The notes beneath the pieces were generated by a model. That model was not told the DNA's origin. It saw only the letters and a list, made by a program, of their open reading frames with translations, and ran no database searches. A stretch of DNA of 64,000 nucleotides from Octopus sinensis (taxonomy: Eukaryota), in assembly GCF_006345805.1 (NCBI RefSeq), contig NW_021825710.1, forward strand, positions 276,474 through 340,473, written 5' to 3'. How positions within the stretch are numbered: position 1 is the stretch's first letter; every line of letters begins with the position of its first letter. A program made the translations under genes and the position numbers. Below, piece by piece: positions 25,853 to 40,000 of this stretch.

Positions 25853-28579
25853 TTCAGGAGTATGTTATTTTTATTGATTAAAATGATGAAAGAAATAACT
25901 TAAACTATATTTGAATACAGGATACAAAACACTCACTATCCTAAATATAGTGCTGATTTCAACGTAACTGTCCAATTAATTTTTAACATACATTTCACCA
26001 ACATTTTAAGATGTAAGATTATATAGACCTTGTGCAAAACAAAAAGTTTGTATACAAATATTTGTCACTGACATATATTAAGGCAAGATCAGCCCATGGC
26101 ATTTTATATTTTAAATTTTTATAGTACACCATAAATAACAGTATATTAGTTACATGCAGTAGTAATGGTAGAATAAATCATCAAAGTACAGACACATGTA
26201 TCAACACATGCACACATATAATATACACACAAATAATGTTATTGCATCAGTAAAAGTTCTATGATAGTCAGTCTTATAAAATTTATTTATTTTAATCAGG
26301 AGGAAGAATAGCGTCTACGACTCTTCTCGGGACATTTGACTTTGGTGGAAGTTAACTTTGCATACATTTTTGAAAGTGGATAAAAACATGAAAATAGCAG
26401 GTTTTGAAACTAGGTGAAAGATTAAACTTATCACCTAAGAACAGAAGTAGTTGCTCTGAAGAATGTTTATACAATATCCATGAGCCAAATTTCTATGTTA
26501 AAAAAACCCAGCTGACCAAGATGCCATGAAGAGGTAGGAAACCTTCATGGTAACAAAGAGAACCTCTTAACCTAACAGATAACACTAAAAATTGAAGATT
26601 TAAATAATTTACCTGAAGAATAATTATTAAAAAAAAAATGAAAGCTAAAATTTAAAAATTCAACCCTTCAAAAAAAAAAAATCTCCCTTACTTGTTTATT
26701 TCCTGCTTTTTTCCGTTTAAGGTATGGCCGGAAGTCATCGCCGTTCCTCACAAAATAATAGTAAGATATCAATCGGTCTAATGGTTTTCTGATGACATTG
26801 ATAAAAATTGGTTTTTTCAGGACCCCAAATCTGACAATAAAAAAGCATATCTGTTGAAAGCGTTGTCATGAAATACTGAAATTCATTATGCTTCATAACT
26901 TAAGAAATTTTGAAGTAATTTAAAATTCACTCATCAAATATACATGTATGTGTATCTCTCACGCTTTCAATATATATATAAGACACTAAAACTGATACAA
27001 AATTTTCTGTATAATTGAATAGATTTACATTTTTTAATGATTGGATATTGCCCAAAACAAAGAGGAAATGAAAACTGATAATCGCCAGGCAATATGTTAT
27101 GAATATTCTCTATGGTAATTACATATAAGTAATTTCCATGCAAATATACTGAAATAGTCTTCTTATGAATGAATAAAAATGTTCAATCAAGTTGTAAATG
27201 GAAAGCTTTTAACATACAAAAAGACAATTGCAAGTTGAATAAATTATACAATTATGAATAAAGAAAAGAAGTCACAAGAAAGACAAATGTTAAAGAATAC
27301 TGCAAGAGTGGTCATATTTTAATGTTGCTAGTTTATAGAAAAATAGCATAACATTCTGAATAGATCTGTAAATATTTGGAAAACAAATTTAGCAAAAGAA
27401 ATCAAAGCTATTTGAGTAAAATATAAAGACAATTCACTGAATATGTTAGTTCATACAAATGTAAGTGCACAGGAAAGATAAATCTAATTTCATTAAACTA
27501 TAGAAATAGATTATATGTTACATATTGCATTTCACTATATTACTAAAATGAAATACTTATGTGACTAGTTAAAATAATTGAAAATATCTACATAACCCGA
27601 AGGTCTCAGTTTTGAAAAGAAAGCCTTTTCTTTTATAAAGAAAAATATTCTTGACATATAGAATAGTATTAAGCAGAACAAAACCACTAGTAATGCAGTA
27701 TGCTGTATTTCTTCCAAATATCTAAATAGAATCAGTTTAAAGGATTAGTTGATAGCAAATGTATGTATAAAATATTGTAACCAACAAATGTCAATAAAAC
27801 TAACAAAAAACTAAAGATAAAGTAATGTTTTGAATGCAGTTAAGCAGGAGTTAGATCATTTTGAAGTTGATACCGAAAAATCACAAACCTGCTTCCACAG
27901 TTTATTACAATTTAATAACAAATGTGTTGGCCATTGATACTGAGATCAGCCAAAGAAAAGAATAGCCATCTTTGTAAGGTGTAATAGCTATTGAACAAGA
28001 GAAAACAATGAAGTCCTTAAATCCCCCAAATCAACCAAAAAGGATAATCATATCATAAGTGTGGAAGTCTATGTATGTGGTCAGTAGCTGCTCCAAAATG
28101 TCAAGATATTGCTTTTCTATGTGTCATGACTGTTGCTTAAACAATTCACAATAGTATCCACAGGAGACTGCTGTAGGAGAAATATGGAAATAGATATACA
28201 TCCCAGTATGAGGAATATTGATGGAATATTCTCATCAAACTGCGACTTAATGCAAACACAACATGCCTAATATAGTTGTTTTAGAAAATAAAAACTATAT
28301 ACTGATATAGAGCAGTCCGATGATTGGTAGATATAAACAGTCATTTAAAATTAGTGAGAAGAAAAAGTACTGACACTCAATTACTTTAAGGTTTAGATAT
28401 TTTTATGTGATTATAAATTTATACCTTTATCCATTATCATTATTTATTTTACTAAGTGTTTAAGTAATAACACAAAATATCCAGGGTTTCTAGGTAAAGA
28501 AAACTATCATTTAACTTGTATCCTGCATATTTAGGCAGTAAGTGGAGCATAACTTTAAGACACAACAATGCCAGAATGC

Positions 28580-29410
28580 AGGTTTTATTCTTATTTTTGA
28601 AGGCCTTCAGGTTCGTGGACTTGTAGACAAATCCTGGTTTCATCATGAAGCCAGCAGCATAGCCACACATAATGAGCATCACTCTGTCCTTCTGTACCTT
28701 AAATCCTGTGGCTCTGGATTCATCCTTCATGATATACATTCTGAAAGGCATCCTCTTTCAGAACAAGCCAGTCTCATCAATACTGAAAACCTGTTCCAGC
28801 TTGTATCCCTTGTCCTTGATGATCTACCTGAAGGTCTTGAGGTACTTCTCAGTGGCTTCTTTGTTGGCTGATTCTGTCTCTCTATGTAGGGAAACACACT
28901 TTGTTTTAAACCGTTTCTGGAAATGGTCAAACCATCCCTTGCTGGTTTGAAAATCTTCAGGCTCCGGTGCTGTCAATGGTGCTGGTTGTGGTTCTTCAGT
29001 GCTTTCTGCTTCATCTCCTTTGTCAAACTGCTGGTATAATTTCTGTGCTTTCTCATGGATGATGTTACTGCTCAAGAGGATGTTTTTCTTCTTGCAGTCT
29101 TTGATCCACAATGCCAAGGCAGATTCCATCTTGACAAAGTGCTTATTTCTCACTATCGTTATCTTTTTGGCACTTTCACAGAAACTTTCTGCTATGGTAG
29201 TCCTGATCGCCACCTCTTTCTTCTTTAAGTAGCATATGGTGCTTTCATTGACAACATAATGGCGACCAACTGCAGCATAACTTTTACCTTCCCGGAACAT
29301 ATCCAACAGTTGTGCCTTGTCATGGAGTGTCATAACCTTTTTGTGGCGCTTAGGCTCACTGCCAGAAGCCTAAGAAGATATAGGGCATTTGGGCAGCATC
29401 TTAGGGCTTC
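28580..29410 (-). mobile_element. Tigger/pogo (CENP-B-like, TIGD1-type) transposase fragment
   Basis: ORF 28824-29333 has HTH-psq and CENP-B HTH regions (VNESTI, KMESALALWI, FQTSKGWFDHFQKR). It continues through a stop into QVFSIDETGLF.KRMP..YI...ATGFK..KDRV. Confidence 0.88.
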
Positions 29411-29615
29411 ATAACATGTGAAAAACACAGCACTCAACCAAATACTGGAGATAGCTACTGGATGCAGTTTTACGAAAAACCTACAAAAAAATTTTCATTG
29501 TGTCTAATATGTGCATACCACCAATGGGAGATCGAGCAGAGATTAGAAATAATCAAGGTTTTGAAAAATTTAGTTTGTATTACCACTAGATACAGTAATC
29601 TATTCTATAATAATA

Positions 29616-29649
<34 letters not shown>

Positions 29650-29842
29650 ACCAGCAAGTAACCTAATTTCAATGAGGATATTGGCTCACGACCTTAAAAA
29701 TTATCCTGTTGAAATAAACAACGTGTATGATCAAATGCAGTGATGACTTAAAAAAAAAAGCACTGGTATAAAATTAACGTTCAGTCTCGTGTTGTATACA
29801 TCTTTGATCTGTCATCACTAGATCAAGTAATACCAGTGCAAT

Positions 29843-32433
29843 TGGGGCTTGCAAAAAACCGACAATGCCCAAAACCAAGTTTAAGTATAATTCTCAAAAC
29901 CAGTTAAAAACCGGTTTTCGCGGATTTAGAGCCGGTTTTCCCCATAACGAAGAAGTTTGTCGTATATTGTATTTTGTTTATATACTTACACAGAGAAAGA
30001 GAGAAAGTAACAGGTTGACTGATATCCACAAATATGTTGATGGTGCCTGTATCTGTATCTATGTACAAACAATAACAAAAAATAATGGTATTATATTTAT
30101 TTAATCAGGAATGCAACGTTCTTCCAAGTTGTATTTTTGAGAATCAATCAAGTTTCTTGACTTGCTTGATGATTCACTTTCCTTCGAAAATAATCTTTTA
30201 AAAATAAAATGCATTCAGTGTTTTACCTGACAAACTTGTCCTAAATTTTGTGTTGAAATGTCCAGTAATTCCGACTGGACACTAGTTGCTTTAGTTCTAA
30301 GCAATGCTCTACAAGGTTTCTTGAGCTTTTCACTTCTGTTCAAAGTTGCTTCAAAATATTTGAATTCATTAGTTCATTAACTTCGTAAGTAGATGGAACA
30401 ACAGTAACACTTGTTTTTAAGTTCCCTCCTATTTCATTTTCTGTTGTGTTCTCAGCGTCATGTTCAGGAAATAATCTTCTATATGTTTGTTCAGCATACT
30501 TCCTTAAATGTTGTTTCGTTAAAAAAAGGAAAGGTCCAGATATTGATTCACCTTTAAACTTCCTTGGGTTATGAAAATACCTCAAGAGAGTCAAGGTTTC
30601 GACATTTCTTCTCTTATTATATCTATGCATAAGTCTTTCATGAAGATTTAGAGCCAAAGGGTTGCCGACGATATTAAGTTTATTCAATAAAAATTTTATA
30701 GAATATTCCGCTTTCAGTAAATCTGTATCATCAGCGCAAATAGCCTTCAAAATAATTTCTACTGGATGCAGAATTTCATGTAGTAAATCGAGAGATTTCC
30801 ATTCTTCGTCAGCTATGGCATCTGTGGAAAGTACTGCTCATAGAGCATTTGGAATGCAGTTTTTCAATTTTAAAAATCTCTCAATCATATGGAATGTGCT
30901 ATTCCACCTAGTTCTGCAATCCAGTATAAGTTTATATTCTCTGTTATCAAAGTTCGCTCGTACAAAATCTTGCAAAATTTCATTTTTTGTAGGAGATTTA
31001 CGGAAAAGTTTTGAAATTTTTCTTACCTTATTTAAAACTTTGTTAAATTCAGGTTTTAGCTGGAGAAAACAAGCATTTTCGTGAGCCAAATCTGTTTGAA
31101 AAAGTATGTCTTGTTTGCTTATATCAGCTTCATCATCACTATCGTCTGTTATAGCGATCTCTTCACTTTTTTTTTATCAGTCTCATCGGTTGAGGCAATA
31201 TTTTCAATATTTTTTTGATAGAGAATGTCAATCACAGACAGATGTATGCAATGTGTGAGACATTGTTGGTGATCAGGTCTTATTTCTTTTCTGAATTTCA
31301 CCATCATAGAAGCACCATCCATCGTACAGCCAACAATGTGTATATCCAAATCCAATCCAAATTCACGAAGATGTCCTCTCTCAAATTGCTCTGTTCTCCT
31401 GCTATTAAGGGAGCCATGGATCTCAATAAGACCCAACAACCAATGATTGTCTTTCCCATGAACATTTATGTTCATATATCGTTTATTTTGAATTTATGTG
31501 TATTCATCCAATGTCAATGAGTAGCGAATCCCCAGCACTACTAATTTTCGAAATAATGAATAAGTTCTTCTTTCTTGATTATCTAATAATTCATTACCAT
31601 ACTCCTGACTCCGTTTGCAGATGTTGGTTGTAATTTATCATATTTGCCTCTCTGACTATGAAGATTTCTCTGTATAAAGTCACTTTTGGTGATTGAATTG
31701 AAAGAGAATCCATCCATAGCAGCTAACTTTGAAACTTCTTCTTCCATTGATTTCTTTGTCAAAAAGTGTTCCATTGTTCTTGTCATTTTCACAGGAGGCT
31801 GGTTTGCATCTTGATTTATGCCGATTTGATGAATTTTCTTCAAGTGCAAGATCAGAGACGTAGTAGATCCTCCAGAAGACTTCATGATCTTATCAGACTT
31901 ATTGCATTGAGCTTCATCTTTGTTTTTTCCTATCGAAAAATTTCCAAACAGTTGATTTTCTTTTTATCATGCTAGGGCTAATGAAAATAATTAAGAAAAA
32001 ATTTAGTTAGTGTTACTTCCTTGAAATGAATCTGGAACTGGTTATTACATATGCTCAATGGGGAAAGATCACCTGACTGAAAACTAACAGCATCCCCTTG
32101 ACTTGCTATAAATAAACCCTGTTACCTCCAAATTCAAAGAGTAAGCCAGGGATTAGCTAAGGAAATGACAAGGTGATGATCTCAGGTTCAAGGGGAGAGA
32201 AGGTGAGAATTGATATGTTGTGATATGTTTCAATGAAACAGACAGCACTCTCAACTAAAGGCAACCGACAACAGTTCAGTTAGTTCAGTTTCAACGATAT
32301 TTCTTCAAAAGAAAAAAAAATGGAGAAATGTTTTGCGAAAATAAAAGAAATAGAAACAGCAAGCATTAAAATCGGACTTGGCAAATCCGTTTCGGTTTTA
32401 CTGATCATAATATAAAACTGGTTTCGAGGCCTA
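29843..32433 (-). mobile_element. hAT DNA transposon with BED-finger transposase pseudogene
   Basis: 8-bp TSD agtgcaat / ggtgcaat and short degenerate TIRs (tggggcttg / cgaggccta). Minus-strand remnants: VWKFF...AQC...GSTTSLILHLKKIH (BED), MDGASMMVK, CLTHCIHL, KVRKISKLFRKSP, DCRTRWNSTFHMIERFL. Confidence 0.88.
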
Positions 32434-34019
32434 GGTGCAATACATTGTGTGTGTGTGTATATATATATATACACACACACATATATACTTTCACTGCAAT
32501 GAGAGGGTGGTGTTGAGAGACAAATAGAGCATGAGAGGGAAAGAGTGTGTGTATGTGTGAAATATAGATAGATGCCGCTAGGATTCAATTGAAAGCAGGA
32601 ATAAGATACAGTGTACTTGTATCTAAAAAAAAATCAAGCAACGTGATGCATAGCTATTCTAATCAGAGGGAACTTCCATAAACCAGTAAATACAGTATAT
32701 TATTATTAATAATTTAGCCATAAAAAGTGTGAAAAAAATATATATTGCTACGAAAAATGCCATGAAATATCGTGGACAATATTTACGAATAGCTCTCACA
32801 ATTAAAATTTTATTTCAAATGCTGCTCTAGATTACATTCCCAACTTCAATTATTCTAGACACAGGTTACTAGACTTAGTACAAGTTTATCCAGTAAATAA
32901 ATGTCTTAAACCTACCACATTTGGGTTGTATAAAATATAATCAAGCAAAATTATTTAAAAGAAATTTTTTAACAAAGAAATCAAGATTAAATTTTTAAAA
33001 TAATGAAGAGCAAAACATTGCCAATACATTACATAATAACTATGCAATAACGGTAAGAATCAAAATTAAATGAAGATCCTAAGTACTATAGTAATAAAGT
33101 ATAAGTAATATAGAAAGTGCAGTGGAATGAGTGATGTAGGAAAGCTGAATATTCAGTAATTAATCTAATATTTCTCTTTAAGTAGATTAAAAATAATTAT
33201 TTTATGTAGGAGACTAAATATTTCAATTCACCAAACAAATAACTTTATTAAATGTTTTAATTGCTACTAGTTTCTCAGGAAACAGGAAGCTATGATTAAC
33301 ATGCTTGACAGGCAAGGTTATCTATGTTATTAATGAGCATTTCTGAATTTCATATATTCTTCAGCCAGCATAATTATGGTATACTTCTTTTTCCCATTTC
33401 TAATATATTCCCCTATCCTAATGAAACCTCTAACTCAACAGTTAAAAATAATCTTATAAAATAAACCAAAAATATTTCAATGAAATATACATATAAGACT
33501 AACGAAAAGTTTAGCTACATCCAAAATACTCTCCTTTATTTTCCATTGTTTTGCAAACAATTTGCACCTGCAAGTGCTACCAGTCAAGAACTCCGCATAT
33601 CGGAAGTCAGCAAGTGTATAGGGTCACGCCATTTCAGGGCCCCAAACACATACCTAAGAGGTAGGCCATTTTGGAGCCTACCTCTCAATGGCATTACTGT
33701 GTCCCCGCCCCACCATACACACTCACTGATATGAGGCCCTGCTTGTTAGATCAACTGGTTATTAAATATAGCTCAATATCCCTCTAGCATTACAACTCAA
33801 AAGACAACAAGAATGTATTAAAGGTAGACACAATATTTTAGGATTCTGTGTTCACTTGCAATTGACTACCAGTGGTATAGAGAAATATGAAAAACAAAGT
33901 TGAACTTTGTGAGAGTGAAACTTAGATGCAGTGTGCACCAAGGCATTGACCCTAACCTCCCAAAATACATATAATAAAGATATAGATAAATAAACCTCAT
34001 GATTTACAGAAATCTATTT

Positions 34020-35020
34020 TAAGTTACACAATCTACAACCTCAAGAGAGCCCTCAGGGCATTTGAAAGAGTTTAATTCCCGTGCATTCTTAGTGCTTGTT
34101 GTTCCAGTACCTCTTATTTGCCCATAGCTTGCACTGGGTGCAACAAATGGAATTTCTTCTAACTTCTTTCCTACATATTGAGCAGGGCCATTAACCTGAC
34201 AGAAAGAGAGTCTTATCTGCTTTGTTGCTAACAATTTTGATCTTTGCTAGGTTAAGATCCTTTGATTCCAGGTTTTGCTTCCATTTCCATACCTGGAATT
34301 TCTTCTCCAATTCTACTATAGGTTCTGCAATAAGAGCAATGTCATCAGCATAGGCCTGGAGGACTATGATGAATAGGAATGAAGAGAACTGAGTTCTAGT
34401 GAATCCCTACTTGTACACTAAATTCATCACTGTTGACTCTCACCCTACTGACAGCACTGCTGTACATGGCTTGTACAGTTATAAAAAACCACTCATCAAT
34501 TCCTAACTTCCTTAGAGACTACCAGATAATAGAGTGAAGGACTCAGTCAAAAACTTTCTCCAGGTTGATAAAAGCCAAGTACAATGGCTTACTATTGACC
34601 AAATACCTTTTCTGCAGTTGTCTCACTAGGAAGATGGTGGTACTCTTCCCAAGCACCTCTCTTCCTGTGGTACTCTTCCAAAATTGCATCATATCTAGTT
34701 TAATTCTATTTCTAATCAATTGAGTTATAACCCTCTCTCTGTAACTTTCCTGACTCATTCTGGCAGTTTGATACCTCTGTAGTAGTTTCTATCTAAGGCA
34801 TCACATTTACCCTTGTAGCAGCTAATTATAATGCTACTACACCAGTCACTTGGGGTGACACCTTCCTGGATAACCTGATAAACTATAAGTGACTAGGGCA
34901 TATCCTACTCCACCAGATATTTTAAGTACCTCAGTAGTGATTCTTGATGCTCCAGGAGCTCTCCCTGTTTTTATATCCTTAATTGGATATAGAATCTCAA
35001 GCTGTTGACAACTCTAATGA
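34020..35020 (-). mobile_element. RTE-clade LINE fragment (same family as 18815)
   Basis: DNA is collinear with 18815-19400. ORF 34543-34758 gives RQLQKRYL..LYLAFINLEKVFD, followed by AYADDIAL and a Cys-rich WPCSICRK...NSICCTQCKLW segment. Confidence 0.85.
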
Positions 35021-35189
35021 CTGGTCAGAGTACATATCTCTGTTTTTTTATTGTATGGGCAATAATTTGAAATGATCAACATGGACAAATAGTATCTTTT
35101 TAAATGCATTTTGTTTCCAGATGTGTTTATTTTAGTCCTTGCATTTAAATACTGTGAAAATCTTTAAAAAATAAATTGCTTTCAACTTT

Positions 35190-35905
35190 CATCTTCAGAG
35201 CCCATATCCTCATCATCAGATACAGCAGATTCCTGAGCATTTACACAACTGTGTACACCTTAAACCAATTTTACTACAGCATGATGTTTGTAAAGATGTA
35301 TTCACTTACAAATTTGGAACATGCCTCCAATTATCTTTCTTGCAGCTGCAACTGATGAGTTAGAATTAGAGGGAGGTCACATGAATCAATATGAAGTTCC
35401 ATAGGACCATTAACTTTCTTTAAGTTCCATTCCATTTGGAGAAATTTCTGGTATTTGCTCCAAATAGTGATGAAATACACCAGCCAGGTAATTAGCACGC
35501 ATCATGTGTTTCATAAGAGAGTCTTTATTTAAAGGATGTAACTCTTCTGTAGATATATCAAATCAGAATAGACAATACAGAGTAACATTCACATCTGATG
35601 CTTTCACTTAGATCATACATATGACATACAAAGATGTACCAAACTCTTGAATGTTATGTATATAGTGCTCATATATGATAGTTAACTGGAAGGGTTTATT
35701 CTTTCTCTTCCCAAAGAATCTATTTACTGAAATGATGGAATTAGACCAAGGCTGATACAACATAAAAGCTCTGCTGACTACAAATGGACTTGATATCGAA
35801 TGCAGACTTTTATCATCAGTAGAATAGAAGACCAACAGAAGAGAAGTGCTGTAAACTTCTGTGCACATTTCATGCTAGTAGACATCAGCATCCATATACT
35901 TTGTA
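35190..35905 (-). mobile_element. Probable Academ (AcademX-type) transposon remnant: XPG-like nuclease + Cys-rich C-terminus
   Basis: Minus-strand pieces read MDADV, FFGKRKNKPF, DVNVTLYCLF, LHPLNKDSLMKHMMRANYLAG and LISCSCKK. These resemble the DTDV / GKGK / LPP..D.L..H..RANYQ / CxC pattern of XPG-containing Academ proteins. Heavily frameshifted. Confidence 0.55.
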
Positions 35906-35914
35906 ACTACATCT

Positions 35915-36997
35915 CCCTCTTGAAAATCTGAAGGAAGAGGCAATACTCAAACCATACAAGACTTAATGACAGTAATGACATTAATGCTCTGTTTAAACTG
36001 TTGCAAGTTAACAGCTGCAGGGAAGTAATGAGTAGGGAGCAGATGCCAGAGGAATGATGTTCAGGTGAGGAAGGACTGTAGTGTCTGGAAAGGATTAAAC
36101 ACAAAAAGGGCAACAAAGAGTAGAGAGGTGAGTATGCCATGTGTGATTAAATGGAGGAGTGCAAAACAGCCAGTTACAAAGAATAAGAAACCATTATAAT
36201 AGTGATTAAAAAGACTGAACATGGAGAGAGAAGCACACCTGTGCAGGAGATGATGGAAGAAGTCTTTGAGTGATTTGATGCCAATCATGTAGCACTTCTT
36301 TGAATGTAGCATGGATGTCTGAGTGCATATCAGTAGCACCACTCTAGACGTAGAAGCAGTACAACATTGTGGGCTTCACTTGAGCTTTGTTGAGTGTGTC
36401 AGCAATTGTTGAGGAATTAATTTTCTAGTCCTGAAAAGAAGGGCCAGTCATTGGGATGGAGTCCTAGCTGTGTTAAAGATGTGTTTCAACAGGAGAACCT
36501 TAATAGAGAAGCACAACATTTGCAGCATCTGTGAGGGCTCTAACTGAGTGCCACTCATGTTTAGAGGATTGTGGTGTGAAAGTACTTTTCTAATATGAGT
36601 AATCCTTGAGTGTTTTTGCTATTAAAAGAGACAAGATGGGCATGGCTCCAATGCGGGGTGCTCTGATGGTCTCTTTATGAAATCAATGCAAATTTGGTGT
36701 ATAGATTATATAAGTTGCATGTGGATGAAGCCTGATTGAGAAATTATGGAAGAAGAAAGGGTAGCTTCATTTGCATAACAGTGTGTGTTGTTAGATGTGG
36801 TGGCAAGTAGGTCATTGATGTAGAAAGGGATGTGAAGGATACAACTGAATTTGGAGTACACCATAGTTGATTGAGAATGTGACAGGAAGAGCTCCATTTA
36901 TATGCGCTACAATGGCATGATTTGCGAGGAAACTACTAATCCAAGTGATGAAAGATGGATGGAGCCTACAGACAGGAAGTTTCGATAGGAGATTCAC
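35915..36997 (-). mobile_element. CR1/L2/Jockey-group LINE 3' fragment
   Basis: LLSKLP...ITWISSFL......ING......INYGVLQ and FYINDLL......HCYANEATL (degenerate YADD), with downstream C-terminal remnants. Confidence 0.75.
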
Positions 36998-37084
36998 AAG
37001 TTAGATAGCCAGACTTACTCTGTATTTTCTTGGTATTTCTTTATCCTCTAATTTCTGTTATTATTTGTTCTACTTATATTTAAA

Positions 37085-40000
37085 TTAGCAAATGCATCCG
37101 TCCTTGGATAGTGTAATTTATTATTATGGTGCACTCCTGTGGATGGTTTAAGTTGTTAGAAGTTGTTTCAACTCAATAGGTGTAAAATGTATAATTACCA
37201 TTTTCGATAACAGCCTATGATATGGTTTTTAGAATCTTAGGTAATGAATAAATTTTTTTGAGTACAAATTTGGCTGTTAGTAATAAAGGAAAGTCCATGA
37301 AATGGGATTGCAATTGCAGTAGGCATCAGGGATCCTATATCTTACTTGAAACGTTTTGTATCGTGTATTTATTCTTCTCGTAATACCTGACACAACCGCA
37401 TTGAAGCTTTTTTATCAATGAAAGTCATGTATGATAAAGAAAAGCAAACATTTATAGCAAACACACAAATAGAATAATGGCATGTACAAAAATAAATGCC
37501 AGAGTATGCTTATGAGTGAACAGCGTGCGTTGAAGGTAATGTACTGTTAACAACAATCAGGGAAATGAAGCAAAATATCAATGAAATGCTTGCAGGAAGT
37601 CTGATTGTTAACGGCTACAGTTTGGTGTAGGTGTGAAGATTGCAGTAGAGGAATAACTACTGTAGGGCTGCTTTGTAGACAACATCTTTTCCCTTCAGGA
37701 GCACAGATGAATAAGTTGTCTGAATGGTCAACTCTGGAACAACCGACGTAGAACTGTCCATGTGAAAAGCACAACATTTGAAGGTCCAATCCAACAACTT
37801 TCAGTGACTGACCTTGTGCTTTGCTAATTGTCATGGCGAAGCTGAGATTGAGAGGGAACTGAAGTCTCTGCACAGAGTAGAAGCAGTCTGTTAGGTTTAA
37901 TGAAATTTTAGGAATCAGAACGTTAATGTTTTTGCTGTGTCTCATGATAATTTAGGCTTCAATGACATGGTCCATCATTTGTTTGACTACAAGGTGAGTT
38001 CCATTGCATAGTGTAGGTGCATTTAGACTGTGTAGGAGGATGACAGGGCAACCAACTTTTAAGTGAAGTCCATGGAGAATCTTAAGAGTTGAGAAATTCT
38101 GTTGGATATTGTGTAACCAATCGAGATCAGTAACAGTGTCAACTGATCTGTAACAATGTTCTTGAGAAGGTAGCTGACTGAGTAAGTCATAGTTAAGTGT
38201 TCACAGCTGCATTTGAAGGTGCAAGAACAGCCCTGTCATGAAGCCAATCTGGTTTTATGTATTCTGTTGTAAGATTTAGGTAAACAGCAGAACATAAGTC
38301 ATTAGGGCTGGAGACAGTGTGGCCAATGGTGGTAGTGTCAATGTATCCATAGTTGTCAGACATAATTTGTCTATTGCCAATTTTAAGGAGCATTTCTGAA
38401 AACTGGGTTGTAGATTGACCAGTTTATATGAGTGATCTCGTTGCTGGTGAGTTGTTTTGATTGGACATGTAACCAAAAGAGGGATTTTTTAAGGCAGGTA
38501 TTAAGTTCATCAGTGGGTGTTCCTTTGGGTATAATAGGCAGAGTTTGTCAAAAATCTCCTGCAAGAAGTAGAGTTCCACCTCCAAAGATGTTGTTGTTCG
38601 AGCTAAGGTCTCTCATTGTGGTATCAAGTCTTTGTAGGGAACATTTATGGGACATAGTTGCTTCATACTAAACAATAATCTTTCACTTTTTCAAAATTAT
38701 TGATTCATCCGAGGAATGCATTATGTGGCATGTTGGGTTTTCTTGATGTGCTACACTGAAAGGCAATTTGAAGGTATAGTGTGCTGTTCATCTGCCATCG
38801 AGAAGAGTCAAGGCTATTCCTGAGGAGGCAACAGCAATAGCAAGGTCACCATTATGCCACAACTTCACAAGAAGAAGATTCAGGAGGAATGTTTTTCCAG
38901 TTCCACTGGGTGCATCTGAGAAGATGATTCCACCAGTGTGTGTGTGTAGATGTTTGCGAGGACAAAATTATATACGTCAGCTTAATCAGAATTCAGAAGG
39001 GGCTTGTTGCCAGCAATGTACTGTTTGAGTTTATGGATGTTTCTCTGAGAATAAGGCGATTGGGGCTGGCATCTTCATTTCTGTCTGGAGTGTTGTAAGA
39101 ATAAGCATCCAATCATTGACCTCCAATTGCCATAACCAAGTCTTCCAAGAGAAGAAGCTCTCTGTTGTAAATGACAGGGGTAGTGGGAGTGTCAACACTA
39201 CCTGTGATTTGGCGAGTCTGCAGCAAAATGTCATGGCACATTGAGTCTTTTATTTATTCCAAAGTGAATGTGCATCTGTCAGGTTGCAGAAAACCAGTAT
39301 TATTGCAAAAAGGTGTCGGGGCTTGTGCAGAGAACAACAAAATGAGGCCTCTTTGAGTGCATTATCGTATTGATCATCTGTATCCCAAAGTCCCTATTTG
39401 GAGCAAGCATCTTTGAAAGTGCCACATAAGTGGTGAAGATTGTCAAAAGAAGTTGGTCTCTTGATGACATGAGCTGCAGATGTTCAAGGGGTGAACTGTG
39501 TAGCCATGTCTGATTGTGTTGCCTTTTTACATGGCTGTATTCCAAGTGCGTAGGCTGGCGTTACCACTGGGAAGATAATTGATTCCATGTATAATAGTGT
39601 CGCACTTCAGCATACAAAATAGACTTTGCGAAGAGGTCGACTCTGCATCTGTGAAAGAAGGCCATAAGAGTGGTCTTTGGCAGGGCAGCTGCTTCTTGAA
39701 TGAGGCTGTCTTCTGTGAAGTAAATTTGCTGCCTATTTTCCAAATGAACGCTAAGATGACTCATAAGAGGGTATAGTTCTTGAATTGGGGATCCTAAGGT
39801 TCTGCATATGACTACATTGCTGGATATGTAGTGTCCAATTTTGAAAAGAGTCACTTTATCATTTGAAAAATCTGCTGCTCATGTAGATTTTATTTGAAAA
39901 AGGGCTCTGTCTTTTGGTAATGTGCTTGCATACATAATGTATGGATTTGACAGAACTATAGAATTCTGCATTTATGTGTGCATGAAATGTTTTGTAGAGC

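Noticed and set aside
28050-28400. Additional R4-like LINE fragment
   Set aside because: Only scattered motif hints (VVSSCSKM, YWWN), too degenerate to call.
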